NCBI GenBank assembly: GCA_015075545.1
Contig: JABTUC010000010.1
Coordinates: 1,601 to 65,600, forward strand
Source of the DNA: Ideonella sp.
GTDB taxonomy: Bacteria > Pseudomonadota > Gammaproteobacteria > Burkholderiales > Burkholderiaceae_C
DNA: 64,000 bases
Reading direction: 5' to 3'
Shown here: positions 36,127 to 46,104 of the stretch, one piece after another
Layout: each line of letters opens with the position of its first letter
Position numbering within the stretch: the first letter of the stretch is position 1
Position numbers and translations under genes: made by a program
Notes under the pieces: model-generated
Databases searched by the model: none
The model's input: the letters and a program-made list of their open reading frames with translations, nothing else
What the model was told of the DNA's origin: nothing

Positions 36127-37398
36127 ATGTCGTTGCATCCGCTGACCTGGCTGTTCGCGGCGGCGCTGCTGGCCGCGCTCGCCGGCCGGCTCTGGCTGGC
36201 GACGCGCCAGGTGCGCCACGTCGCGGCGCACCGCGACGCGGTGCCGGCGGCGTTCGCCTCGCGCGTGTCGCTGCAGGCGCACCAGCGGGCGGCCGACTAC
36301 ACGGTGGCCAAGACTCGCTTCGGCCTGCTGGGCACCGCGTTCGACAGCGCGCTGCTGCTCGCCTGGACGCTGCTCGGCGGGCTCGACGCGCTCAACGTGT
36401 GGGTGCGCGACGCGGTGCTGCCGCACTGGGGCGCGCTGCCGTACCAGTTGGCGCTGCTCGGCGCGTTCGTTCTGATCAACGCCTTGCTCGATCTGCCCTT
36501 CGAGTGCTGGCGCACCTTCCGCATCGAGCAGCGGTTCGGCTTCAACCGCAGCACCTGGCGGCTGTTCGTTGCCGATCTGATCAAGAGCGCGCTGGTGGCG
36601 ACGCTGCTCGGCCTGCCGCTGGCGGCGCTGGTGCTGTGGATCATGGGCAGCACCGGCGGCTGGTGGTGGCTGTGGGCGTGGGCCGTGTGGACGGCGTTCA
36701 ACCTGCTGATCCTGGTGATCTACCCGACGCTGATCGCGCCACTGTTCAACAAGTTCGAGCCGCTGCGCGACGAAACACTGGCCGCGCGCGTGCAGGGCCT
36801 GATGCAGCGCTGCGGCTTCGCCGCCAAGGGCCTGTTCGTGATGGACGGCAGCCGGCGCTCGGCGCACGGCAACGCCTACTTCACCGGCCTGGGCGCCGCC
36901 AAGCGGGTGGTGTTCTTCGACACCCTGCTCGCCGTGTTGACCCCCGCCGAGGTGGAGGCGGTGCTGGCGCACGAACTGGGCCACTTCAAGCGCCGCCACG
37001 TGCTCAAGCGCATGGCCGCGGTATTCGTGCTCAGCCTCGCGGGGCTCGCGCTGCTGGGCTGGCTGGCCTCGCGCAGCTGGTTCTACACGGCGCTCGGCGT
37101 GGTGCCCAATCTGGCGGCGCCGAACGACGCGCTGGCGCTGCTGCTGTTCGCGCTGGTGTTGCCGGTGTTCGGCTTCTTCGTGTCGCCGCTGGCGGCGCTG
37201 CTGTCGCGCCGTCACGAGTTCGAGGCCGATGCGTACGCCCGCGCGCAGGCCAGCGGCGCCGACCTGGCCAGCGCGCTGATCAAGCTGCACCAGGACAACG
37301 CATCGACGCTGACGCCCGACCCGGTGTACGTGCGTTTCTACTACTCGCACCCGCCGGCCGGCGAGCGCCTGGCCGCGCTGGCCGGTGGCACCGCATGA
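36127..37398 (+). CDS. M48 family zinc metallopeptidase (Ste24-like)
   Basis: 423 aa, multi-TM, HELGHFKRRH zinc motif and C-terminal YSHPPAGERL. Confidence 0.85.
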   Translation: MSLHPLTWLFAAALLAALAGRLWLATRQVRHVAAHRDAVPAAFASRVSLQAHQRAADYTVAKTRFGLLGTAFDSALLLAWTLLGGLDALNVWVRDAVLPHWGALPYQLALLGAFVLINALLDLPFECWRTFRIEQRFGFNRSTWRLFVADLIKSALVATLLGLPLAALVLWIMGSTGGWWWLWAWAVWTAFNLLILVIYPTLIAPLFNKFEPLRDETLAARVQGLMQRCGFAAKGLFVMDGSRRSAHGNAYFTGLGAAKRVVFFDTLLAVLTPAEVEAVLAHELGHFKRRHVLKRMAAVFVLSLAGLALLGWLASRSWFYTALGVVPNLAAPNDALALLLFALVLPVFGFFVSPLAALLSRRHEFEADAYARAQASGADLASALIKLHQDNASTLTPDPVYVRFYYSHPPAGERLAALAGGTA

Positions 37399-37739
37399 CC
37401 GCGCCGCTGACTGCGCAGCAACTACGCCAGGCGCATTGCCGCCCGGCGTCGGCACGCGATCGGCTCGACGGCGCCGAGCTGGCGCAACAGTGCACCGCGA
37501 CGCCGCAATGGCAGGTGGCGGGCGGCATGCTCGAGCGCACGTTCGAGTGCGGCGACTTCCACCGCACGATGGCACTGGCCAACGCGGTGGCGGCCGTTGC
37601 CGATGCCGAGGATCACCATCCGCAGATGGTGATCGAGTACGGCCGCTGCAAGGTGCGCTACAGCACGCATTCGGCCGGCGGCATCACGCGCAACGACTTC
37701 ATCTGCGCGGCCCGCATCGATGCCCTGCCGCCGGGCTGA
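37395..37739 (+). CDS. 4a-hydroxytetrahydrobiopterin dehydratase (pterin-4-alpha-carbinolamine dehydratase family)
   Basis: Tail of ORF 35859..37739. Its ATG overlaps the M48 stop (ATGA). WQVAGGMLERTFECGDFHRTMALANAVAAVADAEDHHPQMVIEYGRCKVRYSTHSAGGIT. Confidence 0.85.
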   Translation: MTAPLTAQQLRQAHCRPASARDRLDGAELAQQCTATPQWQVAGGMLERTFECGDFHRTMALANAVAAVADAEDHHPQMVIEYGRCKVRYSTHSAGGITRNDFICAARIDALPPG

Positions 37740-37745
37740 ACCGCA

Positions 37746-38636
37746 GTGACGCTGAGCGCCGGCCTGGTGGTGGGTGCCCACGGCCGGCACTTCGTCGTCG
37801 AGGCATCCGACCGGCGCGTGCTGTGCCACCGGCGCGGCAAGAAGGTCGACTGCGTGGTCGGCGACCGCGTGCAGTGGGCAGCGGCCGGCGACGGCGGTGT
37901 GATCGAGGCCGTGCTGCCGCGGCGCAGCCTGCTGTGGCGGCAGGATCGCTGGCGCAGCAAGTCGTTCGCCGCCAACATCGACGCCGCACTGATCATCGTG
38001 GCGGCAGACCCGCCACTGGCCGAAGGCTTGCTGGCGCGCGCGCTGATCGCCGCTGCGCACGCGGGTATCGCAGCGCAGGTGCTGTTCAACAAGACCGATC
38101 TGCCCACCGCGGATGCCGCACGCTCGCGGCTCGAGCCGTATCGGCGCATGGGCGTACCGGTGCTGGAGGCCTCGCTCGGGCACGACGCCGCAGCCGCGCG
38201 CGCGCTGCTGAGGCCGCTGCTCGCGCGGCGCGCGACGCTGCTGCTCGGCGCCAGCGGGGTGGGCAAGAGCACGCTGATCAACGTGCTGCTGCCCGACGCC
38301 GCGGTGCAGGTGGGCGAGATCTCGCGCTCGCTGAATGCCGGGCGCCACACCACGACCACCACCTCGTGGTACTGGCTCGACGACGCGCGCACGACTGCGG
38401 TGCTCGACTCGCCGGGCTTTCGCGAGTTCGGTCTGCAGCAGATCGAGGCCGCCGATCTGGCGCACTGGCTGCCCGACGTGGCAGCGCATGCAGCGAATTG
38501 CCGCTTCGTCAACTGCACGCACCGCGACGAGCCCGATTGCGCGGTGCGCGCCGCCGCCGAGCGCGGCGAGATCGCGGCCAGCCGCTTGCGCCTGTACGCG
38601 CAGCTCCACGCCGAGCTGTCACGCCCGCACTATTGA
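37746..38636 (+). CDS. rsgA: ribosome small subunit-dependent GTPase A
   Basis: 296 aa, GTG start. NKTDL (G4), GASGVGKSTLIN (G1), DSPGFREF, and the zinc knuckle CRFVNCTHRDEPDCAV. Confidence 0.9.
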   Translation: MTLSAGLVVGAHGRHFVVEASDRRVLCHRRGKKVDCVVGDRVQWAAAGDGGVIEAVLPRRSLLWRQDRWRSKSFAANIDAALIIVAADPPLAEGLLARALIAAAHAGIAAQVLFNKTDLPTADAARSRLEPYRRMGVPVLEASLGHDAAAARALLRPLLARRATLLLGASGVGKSTLINVLLPDAAVQVGEISRSLNAGRHTTTTTSWYWLDDARTTAVLDSPGFREFGLQQIEAADLAHWLPDVAAHAANCRFVNCTHRDEPDCAVRAAAERGEIAASRLRLYAQLHAELSRPHY

Positions 38637-38643
38637 GCGCCGG

Positions 38644-39633
38644 TCAGCCGATCAGGTTGGCCAGCGTCAGCAGTGCCAGCAGCAGCATCCAAAGCACCAC
38701 CGAGCGCCATACCAGGCCGACGACGCTGTCGAGGTGACCGAGCTGCGGGTCGGCCCCCGGCGTCGATCCCGCAGCGCTGGCGGCGTCGGGGGCAGCACCG
38801 CTTTCGAAGGTCTTCGAGCGGTCGGGGGTCACGCCGGGCGCGGCCGCGCCACCGAGGCTGACGCCCACCGCGCCGGCCGCCGCCGACAGGATCACGCCTT
38901 CGTTGGCATGCCGCCAGAGCCCCGCGTCGCGCCGCCAGCCGTTGACGGCTTCCTCGAAGTTGCCGACCACCGCGAAGCCGAAGGCCGTCAGGCGCGCCGG
39001 CAGGTGGTCGATCAGCGCGAACAGGTGCTGCGACAGATCCATCAGCTTGTCGTTGGCCGGCGCGCCGAGCGCCTTGCTCTTGAAGCTCCAGTAGCGGCTC
39101 GCGAACTCGGCCATGCGGTACAGCACCGCGCCGGCCGGCCCCAGCCCGACCGCGGCCAGCACGACGTACCAGAAGAACACGCCGAACACGTGGCGGTGCG
39201 CAGCCAGCAGCGAATGCTCGATCACGTGACGCAGCAACTCGGTGCGCGGCAGCTCGCTGGCGTCGAGGTGGCACCACTGCGCGAGCTGGCGGCGCGCAGT
39301 GCCCTCGTCGCCCTGGTCGAGCGCCTTGCGGATGTCGGTGAAGTAGTGGCTGAACTGGCGAAAGCCCAGCGTCAGATACAGCACGGCGATGTCGAACGCC
39401 AGCGCCGCCAGCGCATTGATCCGCGCCAGGCCGATGTGCAGCAGCGCGGCGCCCAGTGCCGGCGCCAGCACCGACACGAACCACACCACCCAGGCGTGGC
39501 GCTCGCGGCCGGCGTCGAAGTGCCGGCCAGCCCAGCCGACCCAGTTGATGAGCCCGTCGTGCACCCAGTTGTCGCGCGGCAGCGGCCGCAACTGCTCGAC
39601 CATCAGCGCAAACAGGACGGCGAAGAAGCTCAT
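38644..39633 (-). CDS. CobD/CbiB (AmpE-like) family membrane protein
   Basis: Internal ATG of ORF 38644..39852. MSFFAVLFALMVEQLRPLP..., polytopic. There is no other cobalamin gene nearby, so the function is unclear. Confidence 0.6.
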   Translation of the reverse strand: MSFFAVLFALMVEQLRPLPRDNWVHDGLINWVGWAGRHFDAGRERHAWVVWFVSVLAPALGAALLHIGLARINALAALAFDIAVLYLTLGFRQFSHYFTDIRKALDQGDEGTARRQLAQWCHLDASELPRTELLRHVIEHSLLAAHRHVFGVFFWYVVLAAVGLGPAGAVLYRMAEFASRYWSFKSKALGAPANDKLMDLSQHLFALIDHLPARLTAFGFAVVGNFEEAVNGWRRDAGLWRHANEGVILSAAAGAVGVSLGGAAAPGVTPDRSKTFESGAAPDAASAAGSTPGADPQLGHLDSVVGLVWRSVVLWMLLLALLTLANLIG

Positions 39634-39709
39634 CGCCTGCGGATCATAGCGAGCCGCTCTCGCAGCGGCGGGCGCGCTCGCCGATCGCGTCGGATCGGTC
39701 GGCCGGCCT

Positions 39710-40411
39710 TCAGCGCAGGAACTGGTAAAGGTTGCGCAACATCGCCGCGGTCGCGCCCCAGATGAAGTACTCGTGCGGCCGGCCCTGCGCATCGATGCCC
39801 TGCCACGGCATCGACAGGAACTGCCGTTTGACGCCGTCGAACTCGGCGGCATGCCGATGGTGGTGCGCCGGCGTCATCAGGAACTGCAGCGGCACCTCGA
39901 ACGCCTCGGCGACCTCGAACGCATCGAGCGCGAGCTCGAACGGCGGCCACACCAGCGCGACGACCGGCGTGACGACGTAGCTGGTGACGGTGGAGTAGGT
40001 GTTCAGCGGGCCCAGCACCTGAACCCGCTCGCGCGGCAGCCCGACCTCCTCGCGCGCCTCGCGCAGCGCGGTGTCGATCGCGCTGGCATCGCCGGGGTCG
40101 GCACGGCCACCCGGGAAGCTGATCTGCCCGGCATGGTCGTGCAGGTGATCGGCACGTCGCGTCAGCAGCACGTTGAGCCCACCGTCGCGCTCGACCAGCG
40201 GCACCAGAACGGATGCCGGCGTCGGCTCGCGCTCGATCGCGAACAGCCGCGCGTCGCCGCGGAACTCGGGCGTCCACGGGTGAGCGTCGGCGAAGCGCCG
40301 GCTCACCGCCTCCGGCGTCAGCGCCTGTGCGGGCAGCGCGGGCAGGTAGTCGTCGATGCCGACCACCGGATAGATCTTGGGATCGCGTACGCGAGGCGGT
40401 GGGACACGCAT
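39710..40411 (-). CDS. CoA pyrophosphatase (NUDIX hydrolase)
   Basis: 233 aa. Nudix box GQISFPGGRADPGDASAIDTALREAREEVGL with the upstream LLTRR motif typical of NudL-type CoA pyrophosphatases. Confidence 0.8.
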   Translation of the reverse strand: MRVPPPRVRDPKIYPVVGIDDYLPALPAQALTPEAVSRRFADAHPWTPEFRGDARLFAIEREPTPASVLVPLVERDGGLNVLLTRRADHLHDHAGQISFPGGRADPGDASAIDTALREAREEVGLPRERVQVLGPLNTYSTVTSYVVTPVVALVWPPFELALDAFEVAEAFEVPLQFLMTPAHHHRHAAEFDGVKRQFLSMPWQGIDAQGRPHEYFIWGATAAMLRNLYQFLR

Positions 40412-40483
40412 TGCGAGTCGTGCGGCCGCGGCAGCCGCAGCCGTTCGATCAAGCGGGCCGATGCACTGCGCGCGAAAGCTCGC

Positions 40484-40837
40484 TCAAGCGAGCTTCTCTT
40501 TGATGCGGGCCGACTTGCCCGAGCGCTCGCGCAGGTAGTAGAGCTTGGCGCGGCGCACGTCGCCTTGACGCTTGACGTCGATCGAGGCGATCAACGGGCT
40601 GTAGGTCTGGAAGGTACGCTCCACCCCTTCGCCGCTGGAGATCTTGCGCACGATGAAGCTCGAGTTCAAACCGCGGTTACGCTTGGCGATCACCACGCCT
40701 TCGTAGGCCTGCACGCGCTTGCGGTTGCCTTCGACGACGTTGACGTTGACCACCACCGTGTCGCCGGCGGCGAAGGCGGGGATCTTCTTGCCGAGCCGGG
40801 CGATCTCTTCCTGCTCGAGAGTGCGGATCAGGTCCAC
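40484..40837 (-). CDS. rplS: 50S ribosomal protein L19
   Basis: [51 protein letters not shown]... GTG 40837 has gggaga 7 nt upstream. The track ATG at 40852 lacks an SD. Confidence 0.93.
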   Translation of the reverse strand: MDLIRTLEQEEIARLGKKIPAFAAGDTVVVNVNVVEGNRKRVQAYEGVVIAKRNRGLNSSFIVRKISSGEGVERTFQTYSPLIASIDVKRQGDVRRAKLYYLRERSGKSARIKEKLA

Positions 40838-40907
40838 TTCGGGTTCTCCCATCGGTCGTGCCGGCCGAGCGCCATTGGTGCTGCCGCAGAGGATCGAAAA
40901 GCTGCGG

Positions 40908-40913
40908 ATTATA
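40908..40913 (-). promoter_or_regulatory. candidate internal -10 element (TATAAT) upstream of rplS, overlapping the trmD stop codon
   Basis: Minus strand reads GGC CTA TAA TCC. It is part of the 13-mer GCCTATAATCCGC that recurs upstream of murJ. Confidence 0.25.
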
Positions 40914-41661
40914 GGCCGAGCGTGCGCAGCAGCGCTTCGTCGGCATCGTCGAGCCGGCCCGCGGCGCGCGCGGCAGCGATCAGATCGGGTCGCCGCCGTG
41001 CGGTGAGGCGCAGCGCCTGCTCGCGCCGCCAGCGCGCGATGCGGTCATGATGGCCCGACAGCAGCACCGGCGGCACCGCCAGCGGGCCCTGCGGCGTGTC
41101 GAGCACCTCGGGGCGGCTGTAGTGCGGCCCCTCCAGCAGGCCGTCGGAGAAGCTGTCGGCCTGATGCGACGGCTCGCTCAGCACGCCCGGCAGCAGCCGC
41201 GCCACCGCATCGAGCAGCACCAGCGCCGGCAATTCGCCCCCCGAGAGGACGTAGTCGCCGAGGCTCAGCTCGAGATCGACCTCGCGGTCGATGAAGCGCT
41301 GGTCCACGCCTTCGTAGCGTGCGCACAGCAGCACCGCTCCGGGGCCGTGCGCGAACTCGCGTACCAGCGCCTGCGTCAGCGGCCTGCCGGCCGGTGTGAA
41401 GTGCACCAGCGGTGCGCCGTCGCCGCCGCGCGCCGTACGCACCGCCGCCAGCGCGCGCTGCAGCGGCTCGGCGAGCATCACCATGCCGGGGCCACCGCCG
41501 AACGGCCGGTCGTCGACGCGGCGATGGGCATCGTGGGCATGGTCGCGCAGCGGCCACAGGTGGAGCTCGAGCGCGCCGCTGTCGTAGGCGCGACGCGTGA
41601 CGCCGCTCGCGCGATGCGGCGCGAACAGCTCCGGGAACAAGGTGATGGCGTCGAAGCGCAT
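40909..41661 (-). CDS. trmD: tRNA (guanosine(37)-N1)-methyltransferase
   Basis: 250 aa. [13 protein letters not shown]...[13 protein letters not shown]...[12 protein letters not shown]...[15 protein letters not shown]. Confidence 0.95.
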   Translation of the reverse strand: MRFDAITLFPELFAPHRASGVTRRAYDSGALELHLWPLRDHAHDAHRRVDDRPFGGGPGMVMLAEPLQRALAAVRTARGGDGAPLVHFTPAGRPLTQALVREFAHGPGAVLLCARYEGVDQRFIDREVDLELSLGDYVLSGGELPALVLLDAVARLLPGVLSEPSHQADSFSDGLLEGPHYSRPEVLDTPQGPLAVPPVLLSGHHDRIARWRREQALRLTARRRPDLIAAARAAGRLDDADEALLRTLGL

Positions 41662-41673
41662 CGCACCGGGTGT

Positions 41674-42255
41674 TCAATAGTCCGTCGACCAATCGACGCG
41701 GATGCGCCTCGCCGCGGTGTCGACGTCGTCGACATAGGCGGCGACGAAAGGAATCAGCCGCTCGGCTTGCGCATCGGGCAGCTCGGCGGCGGCGCCGGGG
41801 CGGCGCACGCACAGCACGCTGTGCGCTCCGGTGTCGATCAATGCGCTCACCTGCCCGAGCAGCTCGCCGCGGCGGTTGACCACCTCGGCGCCGATCAGGT
41901 CGACCCAGTAGTACTCGTCGGCCGCGGTGCGCGGAAAGCTGCTGCGCGCCACGTAAACCCGTGCACCGCGCAGCGCGCGTGCGGCGTCGCGGTCGGCCAG
42001 CTCGCGCACCGTCGCGACTACCGTGTCGCCATGGCGCCTGGCTTGCACCACGTGCAGCAGCGCGGGCACCTCGGTTGGCATGGGGCGCGGTGCAGGCCGC
42101 AGATGCCAGCGGGGCGCCGACAACAACGCCTGCGCGTCGGTGCCGAACGGCTGCAGCTTGATCCAGCCCTTGACGCCCCAGGCGTCGACGATGCGCGCGA
42201 CCTCCACCGCGTCGGCCGGCCACGCCTCGCCGGCGTCAACGGGCAGCGCATCCAT
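41674..42255 (-). CDS. rimM: ribosome maturation factor RimM
   Basis: Internal ATG of ORF 41674..42378. VEVARIVDAWGVKGWIKLQPF...EYYWVDLIGAEVVN...LIPFVAAYVDDVD. Confidence 0.9.
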   Translation of the reverse strand: MDALPVDAGEAWPADAVEVARIVDAWGVKGWIKLQPFGTDAQALLSAPRWHLRPAPRPMPTEVPALLHVVQARRHGDTVVATVRELADRDAARALRGARVYVARSSFPRTAADEYYWVDLIGAEVVNRRGELLGQVSALIDTGAHSVLCVRRPGAAAELPDAQAERLIPFVAAYVDDVDTAARRIRVDWSTDY

Positions 42256-42304
42256 CGCTGGGTTTGCGCCCCGGGCAGCGTGGCGGCCCGCGGTGCGGCG
42301 CGAC

Positions 42305-42568
42305 TCAGGCCGCGGCCGGTGCCGTCTGCTGCTGCGCCTGGCCGACCAGGCGCTTGACGGTCGGCGACAGTTGCGCACCGACGCCTGCCCAGTAGGTGAC
42401 GCGGTCGAGCGCGACGCGCAACGCCTGCTCGTTGCCGGCGGCCATCGGGTTGTAGAAGCCCAGGCGCTCGATGAAGCGACCGTCGCGACGCATGCGCGAA
42501 TCGGTGACCACGATGTTGTAGAACGGGCGCTTGTTGGCGCCGCCGCGCGCCAGTCGAATGACGACCAT
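42305..42568 (-). CDS. rpsP: 30S ribosomal protein S16
   Basis: Internal ATG of ORF 42305..42790. [41 protein letters not shown]. Confidence 0.95.
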   Translation of the reverse strand: MVVIRLARGGANKRPFYNIVVTDSRMRRDGRFIERLGFYNPMAAGNEQALRVALDRVTYWAGVGAQLSPTVKRLVGQAQQQTAPAAA

Positions 42569-42692
42569 GTTGGTTTCCTGCAGAAAGTCGTTGGCCGGCG
42601 CCCGATGCGCTCGCGGCCGATTTGAACCGTGGGTGGCGGCCTCGCCGCGACGGGGCTCCCTGCCCTTGGGCGGCTGGTGCCGAAAACCGGGC

Positions 42693-42698
42693 ATTATA
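42693..42698 (-). promoter_or_regulatory. candidate -10 element (TATAAT) of the rpsP-rimM-trmD-rplS operon
   Basis: Minus strand reads gcgcccTTATAATgcccgg, about 124 nt upstream of the rpsP ATG in the rpsP/GNAT divergent spacer. Confidence 0.35.
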
Positions 42699-42728
42699 AG
42701 GGCGCCCGCCCGCCGGAGCGCCCGCCCG

Positions 42729-43268
42729 ATGACCCCTGCCCGCCCGCTGCTCATACGGCCTTCCGAGGAGCGCGATCTCGACGCCATCACCGAGATCTAC
42801 GCGCTGGCCGTGCGCGACGGCACGGCGAGCTTCGAACTCGATCCCCCGGACCATCGCGAGATGGCGCGCCGCCGGCAGGCAGTGGCGCAGGCCGGCCTGC
42901 CCTGGCTCGCCGCCGAGCGCGATGGCCTCGTGGTGGGTTACGCCTACGCCGGCGTGTTCCGGCCGCGGCCCGCCTACCGCTTCTGCGTCGAGAACTCGGT
43001 CTACGTCGACGCCCGGGCACGCGGCCAGCGCATCGGCGCCTGGCTGATGGCCGAGTTGATCGCGCGCTGCGAGGCCTGCGGTGCACGCCAGATGGTGGCG
43101 GTGATCGGCGACTCGGCCAACCTGGCGTCGATCAAGCTGCACGCCCGGCTCGGTTTTCGCGATGCCGGTCGCATCGATCATGTCGGCTGGAAGTTCGGCC
43201 GCTGGCTCGACGTGGTGTTCATGCAGCGCGCGCTCGGGCCCGGCGCGGCGACGCCGGGCGCCGATTGA
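42729..43268 (+). CDS. GNAT family N-acetyltransferase (phosphinothricin/methionine-sulfoximine acetyltransferase-like)
   Basis: Internal ATG of ORF 42531..43268. [34 protein letters not shown]...[20 protein letters not shown]...[25 protein letters not shown]. Confidence 0.8.
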   Translation: MTPARPLLIRPSEERDLDAITEIYALAVRDGTASFELDPPDHREMARRRQAVAQAGLPWLAAERDGLVVGYAYAGVFRPRPAYRFCVENSVYVDARARGQRIGAWLMAELIARCEACGARQMVAVIGDSANLASIKLHARLGFRDAGRIDHVGWKFGRWLDVVFMQRALGPGAATPGAD

Positions 43269-43285
43269 CCGGCTGGGCAACGCTC

Positions 43286-43732
43286 GTGCGCTACCGCTCC
43301 AAGACTGCGGCCACCTGGCTCGGCGTGATGGCCGGCGCGCTGGGGGCGCAGCGCTTCTACCTGCATGGTCCGCGCGATGCACTCGCCTGGCTGCATCTGC
43401 CGCCGACACTGCTGGGGCTGTGGGGTGCCTGGCGCATGCAGGTGCTGGGGCAGGACGATCGTCTGGCGTGGTTGCTGATCCCGCTGCTCGGCGTGATGCT
43501 CAGCGTCGCGATGCTGGCGGCGATCGTCAGTGCGCTGACGCCCGATGCGCGCTGGGACGAGCGCCACAACCCGGGCCTGCCGCCGCGCAGCACGCGCTGG
43601 GGGCCGGTGCTCGGGGCAGCGGTGGCACTGCTGGCCGGCGGCATCGTGCTGATGAGCACGATCGCCTTTGCCGGCCAGCGCTTCTTCGAGTGGCAGCAGG
43701 CGACGGCGGCCGTGGCCGTCAGATCAGGCTGA
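43286..43732 (+). CDS. TM2 domain-containing membrane protein
   Basis: Tail of ORF 42629..43732. KTAATWLGVMAGALGAQRFYLHG plus further TM helices. The start is uncertain (GTG 43286, or TTG 43265 overlapping the GNAT stop). Confidence 0.55.
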   Translation: MRYRSKTAATWLGVMAGALGAQRFYLHGPRDALAWLHLPPTLLGLWGAWRMQVLGQDDRLAWLLIPLLGVMLSVAMLAAIVSALTPDARWDERHNPGLPPRSTRWGPVLGAAVALLAGGIVLMSTIAFAGQRFFEWQQATAAVAVRSG

Positions 43733-44729
43733 GGCTCACCCAGTAGGCCACCGCGGCGACGAACGCCGACGCGGGTATCGTGAAGATCCAGGCCCACACG
43801 ATGTTGCCCGCCACGCCCCAGCGCACCGCCGACGGGTGGCGCACCGAGCCGACGCCGACGATGGCGCCGGTGATGGTGTGCGTGGTCGACACCGGAATGC
43901 CGAGCGCCGAGGCGATGAACAGCGTCACCGCGCCGCCGGTCTCGGCGCAGAAGCCCCCCACCGGCTTGAGCTTGGTGATGCGCTGACCCATCGTCTTGAC
44001 GATGCGCCAGCCGCCGAACAGCGTACCCAGCCCGATCGCCAGGTAGCAGCTCCAGATCACCCAGGCCGGCGGATAGCTGGCACTGGCCGACACGCTGCCG
44101 GCGGCCACCAGCAGCATCCAGATGATGCCGATCGTCTTCTGTGCATCGTTGCCGCCGTGACCGAGCGAATACAGACCGGCCGACACCAGTTGCAGGCGCC
44201 GGAACCAGTTGTCGACCCGCAGCGGCGAGGCGCGCCGGAAGATCCACGACACCGCGACCATCGCCAGCGACGCGAACACGAAGCCCAGCAGCGGCGACAC
44301 GAAGATGAAGGCCACGGTCTTGAAGATGCCGCCGCCGATCAGTTCGCCGGCTCCGGCCTTGGCCATCACCGCACCGACGATGCCGCCGATCAGCGCGTGC
44401 GACGAACTCGACGGGATGCCGTACCACCAGGTGAGCAGGTTCCACGCCATCGCGCCCACCAGCGCGCCGAACACCACGTAATGGTCGACCACGTCGGGTT
44501 CGACGATGCCCCTGCCGACGGTGGACGCCACCTTCAGATGGAACACGAAGATCGCCACGAAGTTGAACAGCGCGGCGAAGGCCACCGCCTGGTGCGGCTT
44601 GAGCACGCCGGTGGAGACGACGGTGGCGATCGAGTTGGCGGCGTCGTGGAAGCCGTTCATGAAGTCGAACGCCAGCGCCAGCGCGACCAGCAACACGACC
44701 ACCCACAGACTGATCTCGACGGCCTGCAT
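43719..44729 (-). CDS. pit: inorganic phosphate transporter, PiT family
   Basis: 336 aa. AFDFMNGFHDAANSIATVVST and a second repeat GHGGNDAQKTIGII. Confidence 0.92.
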   Translation of the reverse strand: MQAVEISLWVVVLLVALALAFDFMNGFHDAANSIATVVSTGVLKPHQAVAFAALFNFVAIFVFHLKVASTVGRGIVEPDVVDHYVVFGALVGAMAWNLLTWWYGIPSSSSHALIGGIVGAVMAKAGAGELIGGGIFKTVAFIFVSPLLGFVFASLAMVAVSWIFRRASPLRVDNWFRRLQLVSAGLYSLGHGGNDAQKTIGIIWMLLVAAGSVSASASYPPAWVIWSCYLAIGLGTLFGGWRIVKTMGQRITKLKPVGGFCAETGGAVTLFIASALGIPVSTTHTITGAIVGVGSVRHPSAVRWGVAGNIVWAWIFTIPASAFVAAVAYWVSLSLI

Positions 44730-44756
44730 CGATCGCCCGCTGCCCGCCGCCGCGCT

Positions 44757-45407
44757 TCAGGAATTCTCGAGGACCACGCCCTCGATCAGGTTGGCCACGT
44801 CGTTGCAGCGGTCGGTGATCGACTCCAGGTTCTCGTACACCGCCTTCAGCTTGATCAACTCGCGGGTCTCGACACCCTCGTCGCGGAACAGGCGCGAGAT
44901 CGCCGAGCGCATCACGCGGTCGGCGTCGGATTCCAGGCGGTCGATCTCCTCGCAGGTCTTGAGCGCCGCATCGGCCACCGCGGCGTCGCTGATCTTGGGC
45001 AGCAGGCTGACGGCGTGCTGCACGCGCTCGCAGCAGCGCACCGAGAGATCGCCCAGGCGGATCACGTCGTCGGTCATCTGCCGCACGTCGTACAGCGACA
45101 GCGCCTCGGCGCTGTCTTGCAGCAGGTCGAGCACGTCGTCGAGCGCGTTGATGAGGCCGTGGATCTGCTCGCGATCGATCGGCGTGATGAAGGTCTTGTG
45201 CAGCGCGCGGCTGACTTCGGCCGTGATGCGGTCGGCCGCACGCTCGGCGGCGTCGACGTCGGCGGTGTGCTTCTCGCGCAGCGCCGGGTCGGCGTAGTTG
45301 CGGATCAGCTCCATGAACGAGCCCGCGCCGCTGGCGATCAGCCGGCTGTGCTCGTCGAACATCTCGAAGAAGTTGCCTTCGCGCGGCAGCAGCTTGCCGA
45401 ACAGCAT
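44757..45407 (-). CDS. DUF47 / TIGR00153 PhoU-like Pit accessory protein
   Basis: 216 aa. MLFGKLLPREGNFFEMFDEH...ADRITAEV...ITPIDREQIHGLINALDDVLD. It lies immediately upstream of pit. Confidence 0.85.
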   Translation of the reverse strand: MLFGKLLPREGNFFEMFDEHSRLIASGAGSFMELIRNYADPALREKHTADVDAAERAADRITAEVSRALHKTFITPIDREQIHGLINALDDVLDLLQDSAEALSLYDVRQMTDDVIRLGDLSVRCCERVQHAVSLLPKISDAAVADAALKTCEEIDRLESDADRVMRSAISRLFRDEGVETRELIKLKAVYENLESITDRCNDVANLIEGVVLENS

Positions 45408-45456
45408 GGTGGTCCCCGGTTGGCAGTCGCACCCGCGCGGGCGACCGATCCCCTCG

Positions 45457-46104
45457 TCAGCCGGCGATTGTAGGCGGCGACAGCAGCGACTCGCGCGGCC
45501 CTTCGAACTTCGACAAGCGATCGATCAGCGCCTGCAGATCAGCCGGCCTGCGCAGCGGATCGAAGCGGTCGATGTCCACCATCAGCAGCGGCAATTCGGG
45601 TTGCGCATCGAAATGCTCGCCGTAGGCGTCGGCCACCGCGCGCAGGTAGTCGGCCTCGATGCGACGCTCCAGCGCGCGGCCGCGGCGGCGGATGCGCTCG
45701 CGCAGCACGACCATCGGAGCGTCGAGCCAGATCACCAGATCGGGCTGCGGCAGCCTGGGCACGACCTGTTCGTGGATCATCGCGTAGAGGCGGTACTCGT
45801 CGTCCGACAGCGTCAGGCGCGCGAACAGGCGATCCTTGGCGAGCGTGAAGTCGCTGACCACCAGCGGCGCGAACATGCCCGGCTGGGCCAGGGAGCGCGT
45901 CAGCTCGACCCGCTGGAACAGGAAGAAGAGCTGGGTCTGGAAGGCGTAGCGCGGCCCGTCGACGTAGAAGTTCTTCAGGAACGGGTTCTCGTGCGGGCGC
46001 TCGAGCAGCAGTTCGGCGCCCAGCGGTGGCGCCAGCAGCGACGCCAGCGTGCTCTTGCCGGCGCCGATCGGGCCTTCGATCGCGATGTGGCGAAAGCGCT
46101 TCAC
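45457..46104 (-). CDS. deoxynucleoside kinase
   Basis: GTG 46104 overlaps the folK stop (GTGA). P-loop IAIEGPIGAGKSTLASLL, ...ENPFL..FY...YAFQTQLFFL. Confidence 0.8.
   Translation of the reverse strand: MKRFRHIAIEGPIGAGKSTLASLLAPPLGAELLLERPHENPFLKNFYVDGPRYAFQTQLFFLFQRVELTRSLAQPGMFAPLVVSDFTLAKDRLFARLTLSDDEYRLYAMIHEQVVPRLPQPDLVIWLDAPMVVLRERIRRRGRALERRIEADYLRAVADAYGEHFDAQPELPLLMVDIDRFDPLRRPADLQALIDRLSKFEGPRESLLSPPTIAG

Noticed and set aside
38644-39633. CobD/CbiB-family gene as evidence for a cobalamin biosynthesis locus.
   Set aside because: It is an isolated membrane protein between rsgA and a CoA pyrophosphatase gene, with no other cob/cbi genes. An AmpE-like or unknown role is equally likely.
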